A stretch of DNA of 53,394 bases, from contig GG745553.1 of NCBI GenBank assembly GCA_002412085.1, positions 1 through 53,394 of the forward strand, in the 5' to 3' direction. Both the position numbers and the translations under genes were made by a program. Numbering within the stretch: position 1 is the stretch's first letter; every line of letters begins with the position of its first letter. Source of the stretch: Candidatus Parvarchaeum acidophilus ARMAN-5 (lineage in GTDB: Archaea; Nanobdellota; Nanobdellia; Parvarchaeales; Parvarchaeaceae). Shown here piece after piece: positions 1 to 9,213 of the stretch. The notes under the pieces are model-generated. The model saw nothing but the letters and a program-made list of their open reading frames with translations, was not told the DNA's origin and ran no database searches.

Positions 1-279
1 GCTACAGATTCCTTAAGAGGTCTTCCAGACAACAACCGGACTGGTTGTACTGGGGGCACAGAGACAACCATAGAGTTATATTATATGATACCGGAGTTTA
101 TTAAACTGTCATCCGGATCTGTTATATCCCTTCCTTATGCCTTCGTTGACAGCGTTAACAAAAAATCGAAGGGAACCTTTTCAAAGGAAGAGTTAGAACA
201 GCTGCATGGAATAGCAAGGGAAATGGGCTCTTTTATGAGAGGCAATAATGATTATGCGGGGAAAAATTATTACCGGTAA
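1..279 (+). CDS. 3' part of a hypothetical protein (open from the window edge)
   Basis: Frame 1 is open from base 1 through the 85..279 ORF to TAA; no recognisable motif. Confidence 0.4.
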   Translation, partial: ATDSLRGLPDNNRTGCTGGTETTIELYYMIPEFIKLSSGSVISLPYAFVDSVNKKSKGTFSKEELEQLHGIAREMGSFMRGNNDYAGKNYYR

Positions 280-322
280 ATTGGGGCGGTTCTCCCGGCT
301 TAGCTGTCTATCAGACGTGTTT

Positions 323-1051
323 CTATTTATAAAGAATCTTTTCTCCCCTCCAATCCAGATAATCTTCGCTCGGCCCACAGTATATGACAGCCGGCTGAAG
401 AGGTAATTTTTTTCCTGTGGAAGCATCTTTACCGTAGGATTCAAACAGCTCATCTGCGGATAGGGAGATTACATCTATTTCACCTTCTTCAAGCGACAAA
501 ACATAGCCGCGCAGTTCTTTTATCGGAAGTTTTGAATCACTGTCATGCAGGTTTGTGAAACTTCTGAGTATGACCGACAACACGCCGGCTTTCTTGATAG
601 CAGAATAAAAGAAAAGCGGGAAGTATATGTCCTGTTCCGTATCTGTACCGAAGCGGAGTTTACCCTTCCTATCCTTTCCTACATCCCATTCCTCTGCAGG
701 TGGTGTGACGGTTATTATCGCTTTTTTGATGATATTACCGGCTAATTCGTCTAAAAATTTGTTATAGCTGTCTCTGTATTTACCATCCAGTTTATTAAGC
801 TGTACTGCCGCCATCATCCTGAGTTTTTCCGTCCTGCTTTTGGGCAGTTTCCTGATATAATCCGCCATTGACATCACTTCTTTAAAGGATAAGAGTTTTG
901 CATGCGGGCCCGAAGAATAATTGGGATTTACAACTTCTTTTGCCTTTATTAACCCCATTTCCACAGCGGTATTCAACTGTGTTGTTGTTAAGCCTGCCAG
1001 TTTTGCCATCACCGATAGATAATGCAGGTCCTCATCCTTCTTTCTTACCAT
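323..1051 (-). CDS. Hypothetical protein, possible N-terminal HTH-like DNA-binding region
   Basis: 242-aa ORF; N-terminal AKLAGLTTTQLNTAVEMGLI...NPNYSSGP; TATA-like element about 25 bp upstream. Confidence 0.65.
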   Translation of the reverse strand: MVRKKDEDLHYLSVMAKLAGLTTTQLNTAVEMGLIKAKEVVNPNYSSGPHAKLLSFKEVMSMADYIRKLPKSRTEKLRMMAAVQLNKLDGKYRDSYNKFLDELAGNIIKKAIITVTPPAEEWDVGKDRKGKLRFGTDTEQDIYFPLFFYSAIKKAGVLSVILRSFTNLHDSDSKLPIKELRGYVLSLEEGEIDVISLSADELFESYGKDASTGKKLPLQPAVIYCGPSEDYLDWRGEKILYK

Positions 1052-1444
1052 AGATTTAGATACACGTTAAAAATATTTATATGTATCCGGCAGTATCGGG
1101 CTATTTTAGTCGTATGTACTTTATACGTCTAGAACATAATTTCTTTTTTCAGTTCTTTCGGGAATTTTTTGAGAAATACCGTCACTGATTTTATCAGAGC
1201 TCACTTCCCGTTGAATTGCCGGTTTATGCTAACTTACACGCAAACCTTTTTTAAACAGAACGCATCATATAAACTAATGGAATCGGAGAGTTTTCTCTGG
1301 CAAGGTTTCGAGTGAGACAGGATCCTCTTCCATATACGTTTCTTTTGAAGTTTCATTTCTGTTCAGATACAGGTATCATTTTCTTCGTGTCCTTTCGGAT
1401 GCGGGTTCTAAAAAAAGTTCAAGGGAGGTAAAATATGAAAGGAA

Positions 1445-2146
1445 ATGAAAAGCAGAATCTGGACGGGTACCTGTCCTCATCAAACACCGGGGCTAAAAGC
1501 TATACTCGGTGGCGTTTCTGAAAAGATATCTGTAAGAACATACGGGAAAAGGGAATTTTTTGGTTTTACGGAAACGTATGTCGATTCGCTTGCCGATCTC
1601 GGGATAAGATCTTTCGGCAACGGGATGGAAAGACAGGAAGTGGTTGAACATTTGTTTGACAATGATATCTTGTACGTCGCCGAAGCCCGTAATAAACCGA
1701 TAGCATTTGCAGGGATGGTCTATCAACCAAAGGACAAAAAAGTCTATCTTTCGGCCGCGCTAGTCGATCCCTTATACAGGGGAAACAACCTATACAAGGA
1801 TTTAACCGGACTCAGGATAAAGAAAGGAATGCAGGTCACCGACATTTTTTACACGAGGACGCAGAATCCTATAGTGGAAAAAACGATAAGAAGCGTTCTT
1901 GACAGCATGGTTGAAAACGGCGGAATAGAAAGCTATCAATGCAGCAGACAAATAAAGGAGGGCGTTTTTGGCAGAAGACTTACGGATGAAATTCCTCTGT
2001 CCGGAGACAAAAGCATTGACTGCCTTTATTCCATATTAAACTATGACAGGGGAGATGCATTTATACTGGAATTTAAACTGCGTTATTCTAAGGAGAAAGA
2101 GTCCGACAAACCAGCTATTTCTCCGTATGGAGGGAGCCGGATATGA
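1445..2146 (+). CDS. GNAT-family N-acetyltransferase (true start possibly 1435 via a 1-nt frameshift)
   Basis: Motif-A-like VYLSAALVDPLYRGNNL; ATGA overlap with the next gene; SD GGAGGT at 1424-1429. Confidence 0.65.
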   Translation: MKSRIWTGTCPHQTPGLKAILGGVSEKISVRTYGKREFFGFTETYVDSLADLGIRSFGNGMERQEVVEHLFDNDILYVAEARNKPIAFAGMVYQPKDKKVYLSAALVDPLYRGNNLYKDLTGLRIKKGMQVTDIFYTRTQNPIVEKTIRSVLDSMVENGGIESYQCSRQIKEGVFGRRLTDEIPLSGDKSIDCLYSILNYDRGDAFILEFKLRYSKEKESDKPAISPYGGSRI

Positions 2147-2856
2147 TACTGGATTTTCACCTGCATACGACCAATTCGGCCGAGAACTATGGCTTTGACG
2201 AAATACGGAGGGTGATGCGGGAAAACGGCGTGGATAAGGCGGTGATCTTTCCCATGAAGCAGGGTTCTTCAGACGAGCTAATGCGAAGAAATCTGGAGAA
2301 CGCAAAGGAAGAGGACAAAGACCTCCTCCCATTTCTTAGGCTGGATCCGAAATCCGTCAGGACGGGGGATTTCCTTAAAATTTCGGGTAAGTTTTACGGC
2401 TTTAAACTGCATCCGCGGGCCGAGAATTTTGATCCTTTTTCATCCGCATTAGAGCCGTTTTTCGAGGAAATAGCAAGGCAGCACAAGCCCGTGATAATAC
2501 ACTCAAGAAAGGAAAACAACCAAAACACGGATCCGGACAGGCTTGTAAGTTTAGCGGATGTATACCCGGGTATAAACTTTGTATTCGGCCATTTTGCGAA
2601 CGATTCCGAGGTTTTCTTTAGTAAATTGGTTGAAAGGAAAAATGCATACGTTGAAACTTCCATAGTGTCTTCTCCGAGGATAATAGAGATGCGGGTAAAG
2701 CAGGCAGGGTGCGAAAAGATACTCTTCGGGTCTGATTTTCCGTACTCCGACCAGGAGATAGAGCTGCTGAAGATCAGGAAAGCCAGGTTAACTGACTATG
2801 AAAAGGACAGGATACTTTATGTAAATGCAGAGACTCTGCTGGGACTGCAGGGATGA
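2143..2856 (+). CDS. Amidohydrolase-family (Amidohydro_2) metal-dependent hydrolase
   Basis: DFHLH, GFKLHP, PVIIH, GHF and LFGSDFP motifs. Confidence 0.9.
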   Translation: MILDFHLHTTNSAENYGFDEIRRVMRENGVDKAVIFPMKQGSSDELMRRNLENAKEEDKDLLPFLRLDPKSVRTGDFLKISGKFYGFKLHPRAENFDPFSSALEPFFEEIARQHKPVIIHSRKENNQNTDPDRLVSLADVYPGINFVFGHFANDSEVFFSKLVERKNAYVETSIVSSPRIIEMRVKQAGCEKILFGSDFPYSDQEIELLKIRKARLTDYEKDRILYVNAETLLGLQG

Positions 2857-2971
2857 CCGCAAAATAACGGATCGGAAAGCTTTATAACTCATATTTGTAT
2901 ATCGGTTATACTGAAAGGGCTTAGGTTTTCACAGGAAAACTTAATTTCTTTCTGAGATAAGGAGGTAGAAA

Positions 2972-3109
2972 ATGGACAGATTTGAGCGAAAGATGTACAA
3001 AGCTACTTGCGCTGAATGCGGTAAGGATACGGAAGTTCCGTTCCAGCCACAGGAAGGCAGGCCAGTTTACTGTAGAGATTGCTTCATGAAAAGAAAAGGA
3101 ATGCAGTAA
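2972..3109 (+). CDS. CxxC-x17-CxxC zinc-binding small protein (45 aa, not in the ORF track)
   Basis: MDRFERKMYKATCAECGKDTEVPFQPQEGRPVYCRDCFMKRKGMQ; SD GGAGGT at 2961-2966. Confidence 0.92.
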   Translation: MDRFERKMYKATCAECGKDTEVPFQPQEGRPVYCRDCFMKRKGMQ

Positions 3110-3266
3110 TCATAAGACAGGATAGGCAATAATAAAATATTTTTAATTTCTATTTTTTTCGTTATCAGTCTATTCCTTCTTATCATATTCAAGCGTGTTT
3201 AACCCGCAATGAAAGGAATCCTTAGAAGGAAAGCGGTCTAAGCGAAACGTATTATACGATAAAACT

Positions 3267-3476
3267 ATGAAAATAAAATGCAGTAGATGCGGAATTATTA
3301 TAAAAGTCAAGGGCACTAAAAGACCATTGGCTGATGTTAGCGTGGCTTATTTAGAAGGTAAACCGTATTGCCAGGCTTGTTTTGAGATCCTGGTTTGGGA
3401 ACAGAAACGGGCCAAAAGGGAAAACGAAGTAGCGCTCGCCAGAAAGATATCCGAAAAAGAGTCTACTAAGGTGTGA
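3267..3476 (+). CDS. Small zinc-ribbon protein
   Basis: CSRC...CQAC pairs in 69 aa. Confidence 0.65.
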   Translation: MKIKCSRCGIIIKVKGTKRPLADVSVAYLEGKPYCQACFEILVWEQKRAKRENEVALARKISEKESTKV

Positions 3477-3847
3477 AACCCGACGTTTAGAACGCACCAT
3501 TACAACACGTTTAGTAGTCTTTTCTTCTTTTATCCTTTGCTTGTGATATATAGCATTACTAATCCATTTACTTTAAAGCCTGTCCAGAACGCCATTATTG
3601 ATATCGTTGGCTATATTCTCAAAATTACGATTACACACGTTTAACCGATCTTTCTCATTGTACTCTGTAGATGTCCTGCTTTATCCCTCTAACATTAGTG
3701 CCCTATTCCAACCACCAGACAGGCTTCCACGAGGTTCTTTAGAGATGCTGATAGGCACAGTGTAAGAATATTCTTTGAATTTTCCGTTTGTTTTGGCATA
3801 TACTTATGAAACTTACGCTAGCAGTATTTGAGACTCGATAGTTGTAA

Positions 3848-5212
3848 TCAATTACAGGATGGAATTGAATTAATTAGTTGTATCTGTCCATAATTAGTTA
3901 TACCATCGATTTCTACCATATTCTTTGTACTGCAGTAGTTTAGATATATCTCACCGTTATAGGAACCTGCATTAATATCACCCTTTGGGATAAGATTATT
4001 AAGAGTTATTGAGGTTTCATTTGTAAGGTTTGTTATGTCTTTACTTGATTCATTTGTATATAAAATGTGTACAGAGAGGTTGGAAATCTTAAAATTATTA
4101 TAAGGAGCAGTGAACACAATGTAAGATGTATCGGGATTGTTGCTATAAATGCGACTGTTCAATAGATTTGGATTGGCAAAGAACTCGGCGGACAAGTTAT
4201 AACCTTCATAATTTACGTACAGGGAGTTATTGCCTTTGTTAAGCTTGGTTTTTAGCAATAGAAGGCTGTAATATTGGGTGTATGGCTCCTTCTTGCCATT
4301 TATGTATACCGATGTTGAGCTGTTGGGTTCTGGAGATACTCCATCAAGATCTACTAGAAGAGTGTCATTGTAATACGCTGCAGCCAGTATTACCGGTTTA
4401 ACTGTTATTCCTAATGTGTTCTCCGCGTAAAGGTCAAAGCCATCCTGCATGAACGAAAATGCATAAAGCAACGAATTGATTGTCGCATTATCGGATTTAT
4501 TGGAAAGCCTGGCTGGAAAATTAGTCGACAAAAAGCCCCCTGCTATCCAATCTGAAATAGCAGAACGGATTCCCGATGTGTTTGTGTATACGCCCTTTAC
4601 ATACTTATAAGAAGTTAGGTCTTGTCCAATCGTTGGTAGACTTGAGTAAATTGCTAAACTTTTGTTGAAATCATAATCTATTTTACTCTGAGGGATAGGA
4701 CTTGAATTCTCAAATAAAAATTTATAGGCCTCCCCAACAGTAAATACTACCATCCCAATAAGGGAATCATTAACCAAAGGGGCCGTTAAGCTCGAATAGT
4801 TGCTGCCATTGTCAGTTAACCCCATGAAAAGCGACACCCAAGTCGTCCCATTTCTATCAGCACGGCAGTCTGGACACACAATTGAAAGTAATTTTGCATG
4901 TTCTGTGGTCTCTCCCGAGCTGCCATTTATATATCCGTTTTCATAAGGGTGTGACATTGAAATTAGCTGAACCAAGGGAGTATATATAATCGGCTTTTGA
5001 CTGGGCTTAGAAACGTGGCTTGTAAGAATATTCGTTGTCGTGGTTTTGAAACCACCAATATTGAAGGAGTAAGAGACGTAGCCTACTACAATAATTACCA
5101 GAACGATTACGACGGCAATTGCTAGTTTATGAGATTTTGAACTGGGTTTACTGCTTCCTATAGTTATAACGTTAATCTGTTGATTGTTATTAACCTGCGG
5201 ATCATCATCCAT
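3848..5212 (-). CDS. Membrane-anchored surface protein, family A copy 1
   Basis: N-terminal TM (LAIAVVIVLVIIVVGYV), N/S/T/Y-rich with many NxS/T sequons; paralog of 7424..8731. Confidence 0.85.
   Translation of the reverse strand: MDDDPQVNNNQQINVITIGSSKPSSKSHKLAIAVVIVLVIIVVGYVSYSFNIGGFKTTTTNILTSHVSKPSQKPIIYTPLVQLISMSHPYENGYINGSSGETTEHAKLLSIVCPDCRADRNGTTWVSLFMGLTDNGSNYSSLTAPLVNDSLIGMVVFTVGEAYKFLFENSSPIPQSKIDYDFNKSLAIYSSLPTIGQDLTSYKYVKGVYTNTSGIRSAISDWIAGGFLSTNFPARLSNKSDNATINSLLYAFSFMQDGFDLYAENTLGITVKPVILAAAYYNDTLLVDLDGVSPEPNSSTSVYINGKKEPYTQYYSLLLLKTKLNKGNNSLYVNYEGYNLSAEFFANPNLLNSRIYSNNPDTSYIVFTAPYNNFKISNLSVHILYTNESSKDITNLTNETSITLNNLIPKGDINAGSYNGEIYLNYCSTKNMVEIDGITNYGQIQLINSIPSCN
4161..4507. 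repeat. Near-identical block shared with 7746..8092
   Basis: Ungapped by-eye alignment at offset 3585 with few, mostly synonymous, differences. Confidence 0.85.
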
Positions 5213-5307
5213 ATGATTTCAAAGATTATTAAATATTTAAGTTTTTAAGGTCTGAAAAAAATAGTTTCTATTCCTAAATTTAATGGTATATAGTACTAAA
5301 TTGCAGT

Positions 5308-6465
5308 CTAGTTGAAGTCGGATGCGGATAAGCTTTCCACAAATTTCTTAAAAGAGGAGTTTATCTGCGAGATATAATTATTTCCTCCAGCAAGAACTGA
5401 AATTTCATATGCCGTTGAATTTGATATGCCTACAGTAGCCAACTTATAATTAGGTATATTTACTTGCAATTTATTTGAAAATGTTATAAAATTGAAAAAA
5501 GTAGACATATTCGAAATACTATAATTGGTACTTCCTCTAACCGCCACAACATAGCTGGAGGAGGAATTGCATATTTCCTTTGGAAAGCTCAACATCAATG
5601 TTTTACCTGGTTTAGCCGGGCCCGAAGATGAGAAAACAGATCCATTACCATAGGCATTCGAGTCATTAAATACTTCGGCTCCCGTTACACTTACGGTTTG
5701 ATTCATGTTATTGTATAGAGTTATTTTAAAACCAGATAGACCGCAACTATACGAAGAAACGTTAAGTGCCCCTTCCGAATATGCAGAAGAGGAATTTGAT
5801 GGGGGAGTTATATTATCTATAGCCAAGACTGCGGGAATCCCATCGAATGAGAAATTGTATTCTTTTGATCCAGTTGGAACCGATTCATAAAAATCATTAA
5901 GGGTCTCATTTGTCTTATATTCTGAGAAAAGCATAAGCATACCTGAATAATTTATGGGATATGTCCCGTTTTCAAATGGTGTTATTATATTGCCTTCCCC
6001 AAAGACCGAATAATGCAGAAAGCCACTACTATTTAAATTGTTTGCATATATTGCAGTGGTCGTTAGGTTTAATTCGTGTAACGACGGGAAATAAGAAGAT
6101 ACCTTAGATATTAAAGCAGCATTTGCAGAAGATATATTAAGGTTAGATGAGGTATTAGATGAGCTGCTATTTATCGATGTTGTTGACGTTTTATGATTAA
6201 GACCTAAGGTATTTCTTACGAATGCTCTCACTCCAAGTATATTGAAATGATACATTATGTAAGCAATAATTAAAAGTATAATTATTACAATTACGGCTAT
6301 TACAATATACTTATTTATACCTTTTCCCTTATTGCTATTCTGTGCTGCATATTGTTTTTCTTCCGTTGGTATAGTATTATCTTCATTTATATCCGGCTTT
6401 TTATCTCCGCCGTTGATAGAATTGACATTTGATTCTCTTGGATTGTCGATGTTTTTATCATCCAT
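5308..6465 (-). CDS. Membrane-anchored surface protein, family B long copy
   Basis: Acidic N-tail, single TM, many sequons; paralog of 14411..15238 with an about 110-aa insertion. Confidence 0.85.
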   Translation of the reverse strand: MDDKNIDNPRESNVNSINGGDKKPDINEDNTIPTEEKQYAAQNSNKGKGINKYIVIAVIVIIILLIIAYIMYHFNILGVRAFVRNTLGLNHKTSTTSINSSSSNTSSNLNISSANAALISKVSSYFPSLHELNLTTTAIYANNLNSSGFLHYSVFGEGNIITPFENGTYPINYSGMLMLFSEYKTNETLNDFYESVPTGSKEYNFSFDGIPAVLAIDNITPPSNSSSAYSEGALNVSSYSCGLSGFKITLYNNMNQTVSVTGAEVFNDSNAYGNGSVFSSSGPAKPGKTLMLSFPKEICNSSSSYVVAVRGSTNYSISNMSTFFNFITFSNKLQVNIPNYKLATVGISNSTAYEISVLAGGNNYISQINSSFKKFVESLSASDFN

Positions 6466-6572
6466 TACTATTAAATATTTTATCCATATTTAAAGTTTAA
6501 TTATCCTCAATTAATTGCAAAAAAAATCCATTTTCAGGCGTTATTATAGATATATTAAATACAATAGGTAAA

Positions 6573-7256
6573 TTAGTAATCTCTATAATTTCCGTTGTTT
6601 TTTAAATAATTTATCTCCTCATCCTTTTTGTTTAGTATGCGGGCCCTTTCCCAGAGTCCTGCAATTATTAGCATGTTTGCGACGAAGAAGGCATCTGCCA
6701 GACCCACAAGGAAAGCCGTATATACATGAGGAGTTATAAGCCCTTCCTTCGCGAGTGGAAGTATCCCTGCCGCGTTAAGTCCCATCCATAGAGGATATAT
6801 TGCTTCGCTCCTTCTATGATATAACTTTTTGCCTCTTAGATATTTTATTTCATTCTTGTCGAGATACTTGAGAAGATGCATTTTAGTAAAACTATCCTTT
6901 GAATTGAACCATACGGAATTATAGAGGTTATAACCATCATTTCTTAATTCTTTTTCAAATGCCTTTAGTGCCGAGTAGACCGCTCCACTGTAGTATATAC
7001 TTTTATCTATCCCTTTGACGGTATATTTTTTTATGTAATCTTTCGCCATGCTGTAATACACATTAAATACATATTTAAACTGATTAGGATCTTTTACAGC
7101 TGCTTTCTCAAACCGTTGGAATTTCTCTTCTCCAACATTATCTTTGAACTCTGAAAGTATGGAGTGAAGACTTATTTTGTTATTCTTCTTGTTCTTACCT
7201 TCATCAATCGACACATCGAGTAAACTTATAAGATTGTTCTTATCTTCTTCACCCAT
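6573..7256 (-). CDS. Hypothetical protein with C-terminal hydrophobic segments
   Basis: 227-aa ORF with two hydrophobic stretches near the C-terminus. Confidence 0.7.
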   Translation of the reverse strand: MGEEDKNNLISLLDVSIDEGKNKKNNKISLHSILSEFKDNVGEEKFQRFEKAAVKDPNQFKYVFNVYYSMAKDYIKKYTVKGIDKSIYYSGAVYSALKAFEKELRNDGYNLYNSVWFNSKDSFTKMHLLKYLDKNEIKYLRGKKLYHRRSEAIYPLWMGLNAAGILPLAKEGLITPHVYTAFLVGLADAFFVANMLIIAGLWERARILNKKDEEINYLKNNGNYRDY

Positions 7257-7423
7257 TTAATTTATTGGATTTATCACTATTTATACATGCTTTTTAAGTA
7301 TTTTCGCACACCTTACAAGTTTTTCATAAGCGTTTTTATCATTGAAAAATTATCGAATAATATTTTTTGAGACTCTATTAAAAGAAATAAACTACGAGAT
7401 TTTAATGAACTAATGTTTAGCTA

Positions 7424-8731
7424 CTAGGTTATGGAGATATAACCCTCAAAATTATTAATAAGTTGTATCGGCCCATACTTAGTTAAACCATCGACTTTTA
7501 TCATGTTACTTGTATTGAAGTAGTTTAACTGTATTTCACCGCTAGAAATATGGGTTGTAATATTATCATTGATAGTGATTGATGTTTCATATGCTAGGTT
7601 TGTTATGTCTTTGCTTGACCCATTTATATATAAAACCTGCACAGATATGTTCGAAATTTTAAGGTTGTGATAAGGAATACTGAATCCTATATAAGAAGTG
7701 TTGGTATAGTTGCCGTCAATAAGATTGCTATAAATGTTACTTTCCAATAGATTTGGATTAGCGAAGAGCTCGGCGGACAAGTTATAACCTTCATAATTTA
7801 CGTACAGGGAGTTATTGCCTTTGTTAAGCTTGGTTTTTAGCAGTAGAAGGCTGTAATATTGGGTGTATGGTTCCTTCTTGCCATTTATGTATACCGATGT
7901 TGAGCTATTATGTTCTGGAGACACTCCATCAAGATCTACTAGAAGAGTGTCATTGTAATACGCTGCAGCCAGTATTACCGGTTTGACTGTTATTCCTAAT
8001 GTGTTCTCCGCGTAAAGGTCAAAGCCGTCCTGCATGAACGAAAATGCATAAAGCAACGAATTGATTGTCGCATTATCGGATTTATTGGAAAGTTCGGCTG
8101 GAAGATAGGACCAGAAACCGGTTGCTATAAAACCTGATATGCCAGAACGTACTCCCAATGTATTTGTGTATACACCCTTTACATACTTATAAGAAGTTAT
8201 GTCTTGTCCGCCCGTTGGCAAACTTGAGTAGACTGCTATGCTTTTGTTTGTAGCAGAATAATAATTTGTAATAGGATTTGTGGTATAAAATAATTTATAA
8301 ACTTTGGAGCTAGACGACATCACCATACCAATAAGGGAATTAATAACCGAAGGAGAGGTTAAGCTTGAATAATTATTGCCATTGCCAGTCAGCTTCATAA
8401 AATTTTGTAGGTAATCTGTTGTATTTATTCCCGAACTACTATTATTTATATAACCATTTTCGTATGGATTGGACATTGAAATAAGCTGGATCAAGGGGGT
8501 ATATATAATCGGCTTGGGACTGGATTTAGAAATGTTGCTTGTAGAAACACCTCTGGTTGTGGTTTTGAAACCGCCAATATTGAAGGTATAAGAGATATAG
8601 CCTACTACAATGATTACCAGAACGATTACGACGGCAATTGCTAGTTTATGAGATTTTGAACTGGGTTTACTGCTTTCTGTCGTGATAACGTTAATCTGTT
8701 GATTGTTATTAACCTGCAAATCATCGTCCAT
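7424..8731 (-). CDS. Membrane-anchored surface protein, family A copy 2
   Basis: Shares near-identical blocks with 3848..5212 (e.g. SNKSDNATINSLLYAFSFMQDG...YEGYNLSAE). Confidence 0.85.
   Translation of the reverse strand: MDDDLQVNNNQQINVITTESSKPSSKSHKLAIAVVIVLVIIVVGYISYTFNIGGFKTTTRGVSTSNISKSSPKPIIYTPLIQLISMSNPYENGYINNSSSGINTTDYLQNFMKLTGNGNNYSSLTSPSVINSLIGMVMSSSSKVYKLFYTTNPITNYYSATNKSIAVYSSLPTGGQDITSYKYVKGVYTNTLGVRSGISGFIATGFWSYLPAELSNKSDNATINSLLYAFSFMQDGFDLYAENTLGITVKPVILAAAYYNDTLLVDLDGVSPEHNSSTSVYINGKKEPYTQYYSLLLLKTKLNKGNNSLYVNYEGYNLSAELFANPNLLESNIYSNLIDGNYTNTSYIGFSIPYHNLKISNISVQVLYINGSSKDITNLAYETSITINDNITTHISSGEIQLNYFNTSNMIKVDGLTKYGPIQLINNFEGYISIT
7746..8092. repeat. Near-identical block shared with 4161..4507
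   Basis: Partner of 4161..4507 at offset 3585. Confidence 0.85.
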
Positions 8732-8918
8732 ATGGTTTTAAAGTTTATCAGATATTTAAGTATTCACATGCGTTATAATCATTTCTAAGGTTTCTAACAT
8801 AGTTTCTTTTTTGTCGATAAGTGAATTGTAAACCATAGTATCTTTATATTCTGTAGAATTCACATTTAAAGTTTTTATTAAGAACTAGTGCTAAGACTTG
8901 CCATAACGTATTACTGCA

Positions 8919-9213
8919 AAACACTTTTATATTGACAATGTATTTTAATAAAATGGAACTTTTTCACCACAAACATAAGTGTGATAAATGCGGAATGGAG
9001 TTCAAAAGCAAGGAAGAGTTGGATGAGCATATGAAGATGCATATGCAAGAGCCTGAGCAACCGGCTTCTGCCGAACAGCAGCCACAGCAAGAGGCACCTG
9101 TTAGCCAACCTCAGCAACCTGCACAGGAGAACATACCTGAGCAGCCACAGGATAACGGAAATACCGAATCACAGGAACAACCGCAGAATCAGAATGAGCA
9201 GCAATAAATCTGT
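8919..9213 (+). repeat. 295-bp direct repeat copy 1 (TATA box plus C2H2 gene)
   Basis: Identical by eye to 18273..18567, offset 9354. Confidence 0.95.
8953..9207 (+). CDS. C2H2 zinc-finger protein with Q/E/P-rich tail, copy 1 (84 aa)
   Basis: CDKCGMEFKSKEELDEHMKMH; TTTTATAT at 8925-8932 supports a leaderless ATG at 8953. Confidence 0.85.
   Translation: MELFHHKHKCDKCGMEFKSKEELDEHMKMHMQEPEQPASAEQQPQQEAPVSQPQQPAQENIPEQPQDNGNTESQEQPQNQNEQQ

Noticed and set aside
3477-3847. Possible pseudogene or att site at the GC boundary
   Set aside because: Only short stop-interrupted frames with no recognisable homology; no matching repeat, tRNA fragment or integrase found
3848-8731. Diversity-generating retroelement TR/VR pair
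   Set aside because: Differences between the shared blocks are not adenine-specific and are mostly synonymous; both copies lie inside full genes; no reverse transcriptase in the window
8919-9213. Insertion sequence
   Set aside because: No transposase, terminal inverted repeats or target-site duplication; kept as a duplication finding instead
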